Shown: positions 27,439 to 48,530 of the stretch, one piece after another | Layout: each line of letters begins with the position of its first letter | Position numbering within the stretch: position 1 is the stretch's first letter | Notes under the pieces: model-generated | Databases searched by the model: none | What the model was told of the DNA's origin: nothing | Seen by the model: the letters and a program-made list of their open reading frames with translations, nothing else | Translations under genes and position numbers: made by a program | Assembly (NCBI GenBank): GCA_039096225.1 | Contig: JBBPEB010000017.1 | Span: 62,001 to 126,000 of the forward strand | Direction: 5' to 3' | Source: Blastocystis sp. Blastoise | Lineage: Eukaryota > Protista > Bigyra: Opalinata | Length of the DNA stretch: 64,000 nt

Positions 27439-27939
27439 TAATTATTTTTTTTAATGTATATAAATCATTTTTTGTATTATTCTTGTTTTCATCTTTTACT
27501 ATTTCTATTATATATATAATATTTTTATTATTTTGCAATTTCTATTCATAAAATTCATTCTTTTCTATTTCTCAACTTTTTCATTTTCAACTTTTTAAAA
27601 AAGAGTTTACTATTCATTGATTTTATTCATCACTTTTTTTTATTGTTGTTTTTATTTAAAATAGTATTATTAAAATTTCTTTATATAAATTAATATATAT
27701 ATCATAAACAAATTATCTCTAAAAAATAATTGAATAATACAATATCACTCATGAAACAACTTATTTTCACACATGGTCTAAAATAATCAAATTGACTTGC
27801 TTTTATGTAAGAATTCATTAAAGTCATACGAGGTCAATATCCATTATCCATATATTTGCATTTATAAACCAAACACTATTAGAAATTGAGAACAAAAATA
27901 TTGAAATGAGAACAAAAAAGGAGTAAAGCAAGATAAGAT

Positions 27940-28219
27940 TTAGTTATAATACAATTCAAGACCCATACCATCATGGATTTCATAATCGGCAAGAGTGATA
28001 TGATCCTTATAGATGGTGTACCACTTTTGAATACGAATTCTTTCAGGTCTAGTACCTATAGAAATAATAAAATAATCATAGATCTATGAAAACGTATATA
28101 GAAAGAAACATACCTGTTTGAGCAGCAACAAGTTTCTTTAAATCACCAATTGTATCATCAGGATTGCATTTAACTCGAATCTTCTTACCAAGACGATCGT
28201 TTAAAATAACTTCAATCAT
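27940..28219 (-). CDS. UBL5: Ubiquitin-like protein 5 / Hub1 (2 exons)
   Basis: [73 protein letters not shown]. Confidence 0.98.
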
Positions 28220-28972
28220 TCTATAAGCTATGTATCTAACAAATAAATAAAAATAGAAATTTGCAAAAAAAAAGAACCTCAAAGCGGTTTCTAGACATTT
28301 CTAGAGAGTCTAAACTTATTTGTTAGAGAATCCAATAAACGTTCTCAGTAGGGTTTGAATAAATTTTGGTTAGGTTTTGTTTTCGATCACAATCTGCTTA
28401 TTTCTCATTATACTATGAATATGAATATGTTTTGCTTCATATGCATAATCAGATATGCAAATATATTAAAAATATATTTAAAAAATCAATGTTGTTTGTA
28501 GATATTCACATTTTATTTGGCTTGTGGTATAATTTTTTTTATATAATAATGTATATGATGTTTCAATAAATTTTGTTCATTTCTTTTTCATATTTTTTAG
28601 TTTACGCACACAAATTACAACACATTTTTGTACGTAAACTATGTAGAAAAGTCTAATAAAGATGTATATAAACTGGTAACTACTCTAGAGATTCAAATAA
28701 TTAATTGATTTGGTAAACAAAACTATAATGAAAGGCTATATGGGAAAAATTTTGTTTTAATATATGAAAAGGAATAGAATAAAAACAGACAAATACAAAT
28801 ATATATATATTTAGAGAAAAACAAGTATTATATCAACAATAAATAGATAAAGAAATATTATATGTGGAGATATTTGTATTATATATTATAGACAAGAGTA
28901 GATGTATATATATATATAAGAAATAGAATAAAAATAGATAGATCAATTTAGAATTGTTCCTAAATAATATTA

Positions 28973-31388
28973 TTAATTTGTTTCATATAAAACTTCAATA
29001 TTTCTATCACCAGTAGCAGCAACAATATAATCACCATCAACACTCCAAGCTATACTACGATATCCATTAACATCTTTTGTATTTTTATAAACAGATTCCC
29101 ATGTTTTTACTTTAAGGATATCCATAGCATTACTACCACAAGCTAAATAATTACCTGAATTATCAAAGGAAAGAGAATGAACGTAAGAACCTAGGTATAG
29201 AAGATATATAGTATTTTTAAAAGAAAAAGAAATTAATATAATAAGTAATATAATAAATTAATAATAAATATAATAATAAAATAACATAATAATAATAATA
29301 ATATAATAATAATAACTCTATAAATAGCTATATACCACATTCATAAGATTGAATACAGCTGACTTTTCTTAAATCCCATAATTTGACGCATCCATCGTCA
29401 CTAGCACTAGCCATATGGATACCATCTTCACTAAAAGCAATGGATTCAACACTACCATTATGTCCTTCAAGACTTGTTACACATTTTAATGTATTAATAT
29501 CATAGATCTTCACAGTTTTATCTCCACATCCAACACCCAATAATAAACCATCTAATTGGAATCCTAAGCAATTCATACCGTTATAAGAAGAATCACCAGC
29601 AACAGTAACTATATGACGAGCAGTAGGAATATCATAAAAGCACCATGTATTATCTAAACTACAATCAGCAAAGAAACTATTTGTCGGTTGAATACAAACA
29701 CCAGTAACAATATCACTATGTTGCTTAAATACAGTAGCACTCTCTTCTATAGAAATTATAGATATAATAAATAATATAATAAATATAATAATAATAAATA
29801 TAATAAATAATAAATATAATAAATATAATAAATAATAAATATAATAAAAAATAAATATAATAAAAAAAATATATAATAAAAAATAAATATAACAAATAAT
29901 AAATATAATAAAAAATAAATATAATAAATAATAAATATAATAAATAATAAATATAATAAAAAAAATATATAATATATAATAAATAATAAATATAATAAAT
30001 AATAAATATAAATATAAATATAATAAATATAATAAATAATATGAATATCTCTATATACCTCCAGGCCAGAGTCTGACTGTTTTATCTACAGAGGCACTTA
30101 GAATAAGATCTTCGATGGGATGCATCACAACACTAGTAACACTCTTTGTATGGCCCGATAAATTACGAATAACTCTCTTTTCCCCACGGGAATAGAGAAG
30201 GACTTGAGAATCTTCACCTCCTGAGCAAATATGATCAGTAGATGAAGGAGATAAAGAAATAGAATTGACAATAGGAGCAGTAGATTGATGAGGACTATAG
30301 GATTCTTGAACTTCAAATTTACCTAATATATCTACTTCAGGATATTCTATATATATATATATGTAAACATAATTAGACAACTAGTTAATAATAAACATAA
30401 ATATAAATATATATATTATACTAGCATTCTTTCTCTTATTCTTTCTGCCTTTAAATAATTCTGTAGCCTTCTTACTCATCATAGCTAATTGAGCCTCACT
30501 AATCTTCTTCTCTTCCTATATAGTATATACTAATAATATTGCTCATAATAATAATAACAATAATAATATAAACATAATAATAACAATAATAATATTGCTC
30601 ATAATAATAATAACAATAATAATATTGCTCATAATAATAATATAAAATAAATATATATACAGCAGGAGAAACAGTTTCAGCAGCAACTTCTTGAGGAACA
30701 CTTACAGGCATATTTTGAACACTATATATATATATATCTTTTATTATTATTAAAAAATATATAATATAAAAATAACACATAATAAATAAAAAACATAGTA
30801 AACATAATAAATAAAAAAAAAATAAATAAATAAAAAACATAGTAAACATAATAAATAAAAAAAAAAACATAAAAAAACATAAAAACATAATAAATAAATA
30901 AAAAACATAATAAACATAATAAGCAAAAAAAAAAAAACATAAAAAACATAATAAATACGCGGCTAAAGCTTCTCTGGCAGCGTCTCTTTCTTTAATTAAA
31001 CGAGCGATGACTCTACAAGCAGCTTCATGTTGATAAAGAGCTTGAGATAGTTCTTGACGTAATTCCTGATAATGTTTCTTGACAGTGAATGATTCTAACA
31101 TAACACTATCATATTCATTTTGTAACAATGATAATAATCCAGGAATACTAGTAGCAGTAATAGGACGAGGCTTAACAGCTTGAGCACTTTGAACCTCAAG
31201 TAAATCGTCTTTAGTTAATTCTTCACCAGTAATAGGGTCTTTTCCTTCAGACTCAATATACTTATAAATCAAACGTTTTTCATAAAGATGACCAGTCTTC
31301 TTGTTAACGACAGGTTCTTCAGGGACTTGTCCAGAAACTTTAATGATTATAGAGTAAATATAATGATATATATACTAGCACAAAACAT
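28973..31388 (-). CDS. PRPF19: Pre-mRNA processing factor 19 (U-box, coiled coil, WD40), 7 exons
   Basis: [68 protein letters not shown], followed by WD40 repeats. Confidence 0.96.
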
Positions 31389-32416
31389 AGTTATAATGAA
31401 GAGACTATTTGAAAGTTCTTTGTTGGAAATCGCAGTTGAATAATCAAAAATTGCTTTTTGTAGGCAAAATATAAACATGGGAAATAGTTGAATACTAAGT
31501 CAAATTTCATAATAAACATGATTTCTTTTGATTCACTTCTTGTTTATCAATACCCGCGAATATTACTCAACTTTATCTGATAAATTCATTTTATCAAGAA
31601 AACCCATTCTTTTGAATTAATACGTATGTTTTATAAAGATTTAAATAAAATACATATAGATTTATAGATTAGGAACCATCTTATTATGATTAACTTTCAT
31701 ATTTATTATTTTTCTATTCCAATGAAGAAAATATTTATCATATGGTCACTTGATTTTGATTTCTAAATCATATTAAAATCATCATTTGGCATGCATTGAA
31801 TAATATAGAAAAGTTCTGAAATCATATATATAGAATATAACCAGATAAAAACACATTTATGAGAAAAGTTTTTTGTCAATCAACATAGGCTTTTTTATTT
31901 ATATACATATATTTTTTTATTAACTACACATGCTATTAAGACCAGAGCATTCAAAGTATATTCTCTATCTAAGAAATATATCGACTTTTTTATAATAAGT
32001 AGATTATAATTTGTTTTAATATAATTAGAACCATGCTTTTATGAATATTGAATATAAATAATTTATATTTACCATTTTTGCGTATAAAATCACATTTTTA
32101 AAGCTTGATTTAGAAAGTCATTTCTTCATTTTATTTTCTAAATCACTCTAAACTAACTATCATCTTATTAATGATGTAAATACTTTCATTGTTATTTAAA
32201 AAAAACATTTCATTTCAAAAAGGAAATAAAAAGTGACAAAAGAATGACAAGAATATTTTTTAGAATGTTAAATTTCAGATAAATTTCAGTCAAATTGATG
32301 ACGGAAATGCTCTGAATATAAATGTTGAAAAAATCTGGAAAATGGAACAATAGAAAAAGTAGATTTCTTCATTTCAGCATAACATATTTTGATCGTTATT
32401 TAAGTCAGTCTTTGTT

Positions 32417-33108
32417 ATGGACGCATTTACTTCTGCGGAGTATGTTACCTAATTAAGTTATATATTTTTATGCTATAAAATTATAGTAGTAAGCCAATGA
32501 ATTCTGGTGTTGATGAAGTTTCCATTGATTGGGAAACTCAAATTGCTATGTTAAGTAAGAGAAAGCAACAACAGATTATTGAGGAAAAAAAACATGAAGT
32601 CGAAAAGATTCAATTAGAAGTATTTTTAATATATATATAGAGATGAGTTTATTATTATAACATTATAGGAACAAGAACAAATGGAAGCTGAAGCTGCTAA
32701 AGAAAAAGAAGAAGTATATATTATATATATATCTTTAAAATATATTAATAATTTGAAGAACAAGAATTTAACGTTGAAAAGACTAAGAAACAAGCTAAAG
32801 CTAAGGAAGAAAATAATAAAAAGAAAGAAAAACCTCAGAAGAAAGAAAAAGTGAAAGAACAATCCGTTTTTGCTGGGTATATAGATAATTCTATTGTTTT
32901 TATTATTTTTATTTTATTTATTTTTTTTTTATAATAATTATTGCATAGTGTTTTTGAGTCAAATAAGGATCGTAAGAAGAGAGAAAAGAAAGAAAGAGAA
33001 TTGGCTGAGATTGAAAAGAAGAAGAAAAGACAAGAAGAAGCTGAAAATATAAAGTTAGTGAAACAAGAACAACAAAGAGTTCGCAAGGAAGCTATATATA
33101 TATATATA

Positions 33109-33175
<67 letters not shown>

Positions 33176-33522
33176 AACATTTTCTATAGCTCAACAAAAA
33201 CAAATAGTTGAAACTGTAGTTATTGAGTATATATATATATATCTATATTCTTTAAATATAATAAATAAATGTTATTTTTTATTTTTATAGAAAGAAACAA
33301 AAGAAATCAAATACTTGTGTTAATTTCATGTATATATATATATTTATAATATTTATATCCTTTCATTTTTAGTGGCTTTATTTTAACTACTATCAATTTT
33401 TGTATCGTTTGGGGAACTATTCTTTATTTCATTTTCGGTATATATATATATATATTATTATTATTATTATTATATATATGTATATATAGAATTATTAGAA
33501 CAACCTTTTACTGCCTCATTTG

Positions 33523-33597
<75 letters not shown>

Positions 33598-33784
33598 GTA
33601 AATAGTTCCAAGTTCCATTTGTTGAAGAAACTGTGTTTGCACGTGAATTCAGTTCAGCCAATCAAAACATGAGAATGAATAGATCTGTTATGAATCTTGT
33701 AAAAGAAGTTATTGAAGGTAAATATGCATATATATATCATTATACTCATCAATTCTCTTCCTTCTTTGAATATGCTAATTGGAG

Positions 33785-33824
<40 letters not shown>

Positions 33825-33929
33825 CATTATATTTATATTTTTATCATAATTTATCTAATCTATATATATATAGCTGATAAACTTATGAGAGCTGTTTTTA
33901 TCAAATATAATCCTCTTAAACAATTATAA
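32417..33929 (+). CDS. Hypothetical K/E-rich coiled-coil protein with a single C-proximal transmembrane segment (about 11 exons)
   Basis: Exons join from MDAFTSADSKPM through charged coils to FIGFILTTINFCIVWGTILYFIF and end IKYNPLKQL*. Two junctions need non-canonical sites. Confidence 0.7.
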
Positions 33930-34232
33930 AATATATCTATATATATTTAATTATGTTGTAAAGTTTATCGTTCTTTGTAAAGTAGAGTCATAGTTTCGTA
34001 TATATATATATATGCACAATATATTCTGAAACATCATAAAAGAAAAATTATATATATATATTATCTTTAATTATTAAAAATAATTAAAACAAACAAAAAT
34101 GAATAATTATTTATACACATACATATCAAAAAAAAGAAACATTATTTTTTTTTTAAATATAAAGAAAAAAGAAACAAAAAAGAAAAGATAAAGAATTATA
34201 TATTCTATATTTAATAATATTTAAAATAAAAT

Positions 34233-34894
34233 TTAAATCATTTTTCTCATTAATAAATATAGTCTATCACCATACTTAATATTAACAAGATAACGTTGAT
34301 CTCCTTCAATACTCATTAATAAACCACCAAAAGATATATAAATTAATCTAGAGAATAATAAATAATATAACAGGATATTCACAGTTAAAAAAAAATTAAA
34401 AAAATAATAATAATCAATACATACACTTTATTGTTTCCTTTATATTCATATTTGAAAACTTTACCGTACATACAATATTCATATTGATCAAGAAGTGTTT
34501 CCTATATTAAAATTAAAATAATAGTAATAATATAAAAAATTTATATAACCAAATAATCTTTTATATAACTAAATAAACAAGAATAATAAAAAAAATTAAA
34601 TACTTTTTGAGAAACATCAACATAAGTACCACTATCAGGAGAACCATCTTTATTAATAGTATTTGTTAAAACAAGAGTAAAGGTATCATTTTCTCTTAAA
34701 GGATAAACATCAGTGTTAATATCAATTAAGATAGAAATATCATATTGAATAGTCTCAGCAGCAAAACGAGTTACTATATAGAATATCCTAGAACATATTC
34801 TCTAACAATTCAACATACCTTTCTCGAAAGCTTTACCATCAGGATTAACTTTGGTGATCTTAAAGACTTCACTGAAAAGAGTACTATTTGACAT
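34233..34894 (-). CDS. POLR2H: RNA polymerase I/II/III shared subunit RPB8 (4 exons)
   Basis: LFSEVFKITKVNPDGKAFEKVTRF, IDINTDVYPL, LLDQYEYCMYGKVFK, YISFGGLLMSIEG, LYLLMRK. Confidence 0.96.
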
Positions 34895-35536
34895 ATCGTT
34901 ATACAGAAAACAATAGAATAGAAAATAATCAAAATAAAGAAAACCAAAAGAATAACGAACAAAATTAATTGTGGTTATTCTTAGATAAATCGATGAATTG
35001 TTAGTATTCCTATGGGAATGCGTTTTATTCGCTTTTTATATAGAATCATTTCATTATTTAAATTATATAGTTTATAAATAATAAAATGGATATTGTACAT
35101 GTGTATTGTAAGCGTCATAATGTAATGTCAAGTATGGAATATTTGTTTTATAAATAGAGTTGCATTCAATTAAATGTGGATTATCATTTTCATAACTCAT
35201 GAATTATGTATTAAATAAATCAAATTTTTTTTAAATTGAGAAATTGTCTTTTGAACTTTTCTGTAACAAAAATGGAGACATGCGATATGAAATAGCTTTA
35301 AAAAAAGGTAAATAAACTACATCCATAAGAAAATAAAACAGAATATCATTTATTTATAACAGTTCGTGATGTAAAAAAAGGTTAAAATAAAAAAAGATAA
35401 TAAACATAAATAAGACAAGCATGTTATAAAAGAATAAAATAATTTATGAGCAAGATATATAGATTATAGAATATATTTATTAAATATTTATACTAATTGA
35501 GTTTTTGGTATTATAATATATATATATATATATATA

Positions 35537-40884
<5,348 letters not shown>

Positions 40885-41549
40885 TTTGTTCTAAATATAT
40901 ATTTAAATATGTAGACAACAGTTTTTATATGAAGAATATTAGAATAGAATTTACTTTATACGAAAAGATAGTTAATAAATAAGTAAAATAAAATACTTTA
41001 AAAGTGAGAAAAAATAATCAAGAAAATATTAACTTTTTTTCGGAGAGATGCATTTATATTTTGATTCATAATAAAAAGAGCGGCTTTATCGGGATTCGAT
41101 CAGTTTAGAAGCAACAGAAGTTCAACAATAGTTTTTATTGGTTACGTCATATTTGACATCCAATGAAATAGATGGATTTATCTAGTTTTAGATATTTATA
41201 TGGTTTATAAATTTTAAGAAACATAGTAAATTTTCTTTTTGTGATTTACATCGTATTTATTGGCAATTACAAAAGAAAGCAAAACAAGAATGATAGATAT
41301 AAATACTATGTATGTAGAAGAAGATGAAAAAGTATTTAAATTTAAAAAAAGAGACAAAAAATAACTAATGAAAAGAAAACAAATGGTAAATATAAATAAT
41401 TATTATAAAATTAAAATAAAGATTAATAACAATAGAATCGAAATATGTTACGTAATTCAATAAACAAAGAAAAAACTAAAGATCTAATATATATAATTGA
41501 AATCAATAGTTTTTTTTGTGTTTATTTCAAATGATATTAATTATACTTT

Positions 41550-43979
41550 TTACATGAAAGTAGTAACAGATCCTAAGATGGCAATGATAGCACCCATAAC
41601 GATATAGAAGACACATGCACTATAATAGAAATATTTTCCTTTAGGTTGAGTTTCTTTTATGTATTTCCAGAAACTATATATAGAATATATTTTAGTTATT
41701 TTATTATAGAGAATAAATTATTTATATAGATAGAGAATTTTATTGAAAATATATATGTGGATATATACTAAAAAAATGAATAATAATGATAATATATATA
41801 GATAAATACAGAATAGCAGGGAAGATAGCCATGAGACAACTGCCAAAGATAGCACCTGTGAGACCTAAAACAGTACCTAAATCTGTAAAACATAAGGCAA
41901 CAGTAAGGATAAGAAGAACAATAACTACAGTTGTTAAAGCAACCTTCCAATAAGCTATAGAATAGGTTTTATTATGATATAATATTATTATTATATGATA
42001 TTATATTATTATTATATGATGTGATATTATTATATGATGATATTATATTATTATTATTATATTATGATGATATTATATTATTATATACCTTGATCTTTAA
42101 CTCTCATTAACTTGAGAGCAACGCTTCTAATAGAATAAGACTACAGAATAATAATATTAATAATAATATAAATAAATATTATAATAAATAATATTAATAA
42201 AATATATTAATAAATAGTATAAATAAATATATATACATAAAGAGGGAAACAGAAGCATAAAGTGACAGAAAGAGTGATTCTAGAAATAAGAATAAGAATA
42301 TTTTCAGCAGGGAAAGAATCTAAGATATTTGAAGTCTATATATGTAATTGGTATATATAATAATAATAATAAACATAATATATGATAAACATAATATATG
42401 ATAATAATAAGTATAATAAACATAATATATAATAAACATAATATATGATAAACATAATATATAATAATAATAATAAGTATGATAAACATAATATATGATA
42501 AACATAATATATAATAATAATGATAAACATAATATATAATAAACATAATATTTAATAAATATAATATATAATAACATCTATATATACAACATATCCACAG
42601 AATGAGAAGTACCCTCCCATGGCATTAATAGAATAGATAACAATAATCATAATATAAGTCATAATAACGACAGCAGACACTCTCTTAGTAGTAGGTTTAT
42701 TAAGTTCATCTACTATAGGAAGGAATTGTACTTGGCAACAACAACCAAAACAAAAAAGAGGCATAGCTAAGAATATATCTGTGGAAAATATAAGATTTTG
42801 AATCTATATATATATATATAAACTAAGTGAAATCATTTAAGTATAAGTATAAACAAATAATAATAATAAACATAATAATAAAATAATAAAAAAAAAAAAT
42901 TTAAATATCATTAATAATAATAAGAAAAAAAAACAGTATAACAACACTAATTATAATAGTATTTGAATAATCGTGAATATACTTCAGTTTTAACTGGATC
43001 TGGAGCACAACCCTCACAAAGCATGGTACAATTCTCAAGACCATTATATTCAACTAAATGAGCACTAGATTCAATCATACATTTACCGGCTTTACAAGTA
43101 TAATCAGCTATATCAGCTAATTCACAAGGACTACTCCAACTACTATTAATTATCATCTATATATAGTTGTAAGTAGGGCTATATAGTTTTTTTTAATTAT
43201 AATAGACTATAATAATCATTATAGTTATTAGAATTAACAAAATAATAAAAAAATAATATAATAATAAAAATATAATACATATAATACATACAACAACAGT
43301 TAAATATAAGACACAAGCAACACCGACAAAAGAAGTGAATTTCAAGCTATCCATGTGTTTTAATAAAGCAGGGGGTAATATACAAACAAGAGTAATTAAA
43401 CTTAAAATAAAAGGACGTTCTAAGGAAATGAGGAATAATAAAAGAAAACAAATATTTTTTTATATATAACCATAATATATTAAATAAATTTAAACATAAT
43501 ATATTAAATAAATATAACATAATAATAAAACAATATATACCAATAATCCAATGAATATCAGGATTTATAGTTTCTTCAAACATATAGGACATGAAAATAG
43601 CAAGTTCATTACCAATAATAATAGTATAACCACAACAAGCACCAGTAGAATATAATAATTGAATTAAATCAACAACCCATTCAAATTTATCTCCAATAAG
43701 TTTCTTGGAAAGACCAGAATAAGAGGTTTCACCATAATGACTGTAGATTTTATATAACATCATACAAGAAAAACCAGAGAAAATTGCAAAGAAAACAATC
43801 ATACCAATACCAAGACCAACACCAAGTTGAGAGAAAGCAGAAGGAAGAGTTAAAATACCAGCACCCATGATAGCAGAACACATATTGAAAGTACTACCAA
43901 AGATTCCTCCTTTCTTTTGAGGTTCTTGATCTAAAAGGGGTTGAGTCACTTGATCTTGCTTAATTTCAGGTTCAGCCAT
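41550..43979 (-). CDS. Amino acid/auxin permease (AAAP, SLC38-like) transporter (8 exons)
   Basis: GGIFGSTFNMCSAIMGAGILTLPSAF, ILPPALLKHMDSLKFTS, PLFCFGCCCQVQFLPI, GGYFSF, LGTVLGLTGA; multiple TM segments; TAA at 41550. Confidence 0.92.
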
Positions 43980-44312
43980 TCTTTAAATGCTATTGAATAG
44001 AGATAAAAATGGAGTTAAATTTAATTTATTTAGAAAAGAGCATGAAATGAAAAAGAAAAACAGCCACAAAAACAGAGAAACAGCAATGTCCTTATTATTT
44101 GGAACCATTCAAAAAATTCGAGAGAAAAACTCCAGACAATAGTTTGACTATTTTTCAACTCCAGACAACAAAACTATAGGGAATCTAAATTATCGCGGAA
44201 ATAATGACATTTTGGCAGAACATTTAAATTGAGTCTAAAGAAAAATCAAATATAGACAGGTTATTTGTTATATATTTAAATACAGGCTATATAAGTGTTC
44301 TATTCAGATATA

Positions 44313-47300
44313 ATGATTAAAAAATACGAATCAATGTTTAAAGAACAAAATTTTTCTAATATTTATTCAACATTAGACCCCATTATGGTAGTATATGTCT
44401 TTAATATATGTTATTTAATTAATAAACACGTATAGGCATCTGATCATAGTGATAGACGAACAAATCCGTTAACTTCAACAACAGCCAGTGGATTGCAATA
44501 TGCAGATGGAAAGCTAAGAACAAAGGTAGATGATTCCAACAATTGTAATGGGTTCTACAGAGTGACTGATACTCCTAAATATATATTGTATAAAAATTTA
44601 ATATTCGCTCAAATGAATGGCATTCCCAATGTGATAGACTCTTTGGATGAAGTTGAGATTTTTATTCGTAAGTATAGTCATGATATGGGCTACTCATTAA
44701 GAGTAATCAGAAGTTCAAGTATGAACATTATTTATGGATGCCCAATTAAGATGTGCAACTTCGTTTGTGAATATAGATATGAAAAAGGTTCGTTTAATTT
44801 AGTCAAATATCACATACATGATACAAACGTATATATATCTATTTATTAGTATTAATTTATATTTTTTCTTCTTTATATATAATACTATTTAAAAGAAAAT
44901 TATAATAATATTTTATGGATTCAAATATATATTTATATATATTTATATATATTTATTCTCTAGAAGTGTTCTAGATTTCAAAGTAAACTTGTTTTCTTAA
45001 CTAAGAAAGGAAATATACCTCAAAAAATATATGATAAATACTATAGAATAGATACTAGTAATAATAATGATGAAAATACTATACCTGATAATACTGGAAA
45101 CGAAAGTAAGGTTTCTTTATCTATTAATGAAAATAATAACGAAGAAGAAGAATCAGATTGTTCTATAAATGAAATTGAATTTCTCCTGACGAATAGCAAC
45201 AAATCTAATGATGAACTAATAGATGATGAAATCTATTTAATGGATGATATTGAATCAGAAGTTACTCCTGAGGAAAAGAAAGTGATTGATATGTTAGCAA
45301 ATGATAATACTTCTAATAATAATAACGGTCTTCTCTATACAATAAGCCAAATAGGGACTTCAAATATTACTGCTAATTCCAATATAGATGTTATAAACAC
45401 TATTAATGAAGAACCATTAGTAGATAAGAATGTAACAACTTCATTTATGGAATTACTCCAATCTGAGTCAGATGTCACTATTGATGCCTTTTTGAATGAT
45501 ACTAAGAATGATAAAAATAGTTTTACCTTTATTCCTTATCAAAATAGAAAGCTATTTAACGATCCTATGAATATTGTCTTCCTAAATAGGTATCTACATC
45601 TTAATAAGAGTTACTTCCTTAATAAGCCTATAAATAATATTAGAAGTATTATAGAAGATACATTTCCTTCAATCAAAACTAATTATATATATAAGGCTTC
45701 AAAAACATTCCTCTCTAATGATAATAGCTCCACTTCGTATATTCCGTCAATCATTGAAGAAATAAATCGTATTAATCCAAATAATAAGGCATTTTATATG
45801 CTATGTCCAAAAAAGACTACTGACTACTCAAAACACTTCTCCAAGAATATATATGAGCAAATCCTTTCTGAAGAATACTTGGCAAAAGATTCAGCCCTCC
45901 TGTGTTGCGGTACTATAGTTTATGAAAATATTCCTCTTATTGCAAAGGGGCCATATATATTATTTTTAGATGGTACCTTCTTAAGCGTAGGATCAATGGT
46001 TACTTTAGTAATAACAAGTATATATATATATATTTCTATATATTTTATATACGTTTTTATATCTATATATTTCTATATATATTTCTATATCCTTTTCTAT
46101 ATATATTTCTATTTCTATATATATTTCCATATCCTTTTCTATATCCTTTTCTATATCTATATATATTTCTATATATATTTCTGTATCCTTTTCTATATCC
46201 TTTTCTATATCTATATATATTTCTATATATATTTCTATATCCTTTTCTATATCCTTTTCTATATCCTTTTCTATATCTATATATATATCTATATATATTT
46301 CTATATATATTTCTATAACTGTTTTTATATCTATATATATTTCTATAACTGTTTCTATATCTATATATATTTCTATATATATATCTATATATATTTCTAT
46401 ATATATTTCTATATCCTTTTCTATGTATATTTCTATTTCTATATATATTTCTATATCTATATATATTTCTATATATATTTCTATATCTATATATATTTCT
46501 ATATATATTTCTATAACTGTTTTTATATCTATATATATTTCTATATATATTTCTATATATATTCTATATATATTTCTATAACTGCTTCTATACCTATATA
46601 TATTTCTATATATATTTCTATATCCTTTTCTATATATATATATCTATTTCTATATACATTTCTATATATATATCTAGAGCTGTTTTTATATCTATATATA
46701 TTTCTATATATATTTTTATATGTGTTTATATATTTGTTTCTATAGCTGTTTTTATATCTATATATATATCTATATATATTTCTATATGTGTTTATATATA
46801 TGTTTCTATAGCTGTTTTTATATCTATACATATTTCTATATATGTTTCTATCAATATATTTCTATTTATATATTTCAATGTATATTCTATATATGTTTCT
46901 ATAGCTGTTTATATATCCATATATATTTATACATATATATATGTATTTCTATATATATTCCTACATATATGTATTCATTTTTTTATATGTTTATATGTGT
47001 TTATATATATATTTCTATATATGTTTTTATATACATATTATGCTTATATATCTTTATATATATTTCTATATATATTTGTACCTTATATATATTTATCTAT
47101 ATAAATATATATGTTTCTCTCTATATGTTTATATATATATATATATTTTTATATCTCTATCTATATATTTCTGTGAATAGGTGTTAATCTCAACCACGAG
47201 AGTATATGTTTAGCATATGGCTTCTTCCCATCGGAAAGTGAGGCTTCTTGGAGTATTTTATTACAAAGATTTCTTGGCGCCTTAAATACCTATTTTGATA

Positions 47301-48063
47301 CTACTCCTACCTTTACTGTCATTTCTGATCAGGCGAAAGGGATCTCATCAGCTGTAAGTCACTGTTGTCCGTCGTGGCCTCATGTCTTCTGTTTATTCCA
47401 TTTACTTCAAGAGTTTAATACAATGAGGCCCTTAGAGAAATTAGAATGTAAAGAGGCCTATCAATGCAAAAATGAAAATGAGCTGGAAAGTCACCTAAAA
47501 AACATCAAGAATACAGAAGCTAGAAAAAAAATTGATGAGATGTGGCACTATAATAACTCTCAGAGAATTCGTTGTGAATCATCAATTTGTGAATGGTATG
47601 TGGCGTCAAGCGTAGCAGAAAGTTATAATAGGCTGTTGAAAAAATATAGGTCTCTTCCAATTCACTTAATAATGATATTTATATTTAATCAAACACTAAC
47701 GAAACAGATGAAAATAAAAGATACCATTAATCCTGGCTTAAAATATCTTCCTTTTTTTACAAAAATGGTTACTAAATCCCTCAATAAAACACATGAAGTT
47801 GTTTATAAAGAAGATAAGGGATACGTGTCTTTTAGTGATGGAAAAGTTTATACTGTTGATTTATATAGGAAGACGTGTACCTGTTTCTCATTTCAAAATC
47901 TCCTTATGCCTTGTAAACATGCTGCTGTACTTATTAACTACTGTCTTGAAAAGAACATTATTATGGAAAGCGATATATATCAATTATGCTCTGGTTCGTT
48001 AAACAATACCTATTATGAAACGTATTATAATTATAAGCCACAGTATATATATATATATATATA

Positions 48064-48132
<69 letters not shown>

Positions 48133-48275
48133 CTCTATTATATCTATTATATCTATTATATCTATTATATCTATTATATCTATTATCTCTACTATTATGT
48201 TTATTGTCTTTTATATTATGATTATAACTACTACTATTATTATATCCACCGTTTTTATTGTTATTATATCTTCTT

Positions 48276-48308
<33 letters not shown>

Positions 48309-48530
48309 TATAGTCAATTAATAGGAACAGATTTTTTGATTTTATCAAATCCACCAATATGGCCACCATTATATGCTATTAGAAAAAGAGGACCAAGTAG
48401 AAAAAATAGATACAAAAAGATTTGTGAGAAGAAAAGAACTTTTTCTGCCAAAAAACGTTATTGTAGAAGGTCGTTTGAAGAAAAAGTGAATATTTTTGAT
48501 TTTTCCAAATTTGATAAGTTTAGTAATTAA
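44313..48530 (+). CDS. MULE DDE transposase with SWIM zinc finger (about 865 aa, 5 exons)
   Basis: Exons 44313-44390, 44436-44828, 44964-46017, 47181-48042 and 48314-48530 join without stops. Motifs: N-terminal CPIKMC..HIH zinc motif, LFLDGTF (D1), VISDQAKG (D2), CLFH, VAESYN (E), CTC..PCKH (SWIM), and a basic PP..RKRGPSRK tail. Confidence 0.92.
46018..47180 (+). repeat. 1163-bp transposase intron made of degenerate TATATATTTC-type repeats
   Basis: GT at 46018 and AG at 47179-47180 restore the frame (ITS-VNLNHE); the interior is microsatellite-derived. Confidence 0.85.

Noticed and set aside
28973-29010. Possible 1-nt frameshift at the PRP19 C-terminus (alternative frame DRILKFY)
   Set aside because: The existing frame DRNIEVLYETN* also completes the last WD strand, so the case is undecidable without reads.
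43401-43540. Seventh aberrant junction, in transporter intron 1
   Set aside because: A GTATAT donor at about 43540 is out of phase by one base, but a canonical in-phase GTTATA donor exists downstream, so it was not counted.
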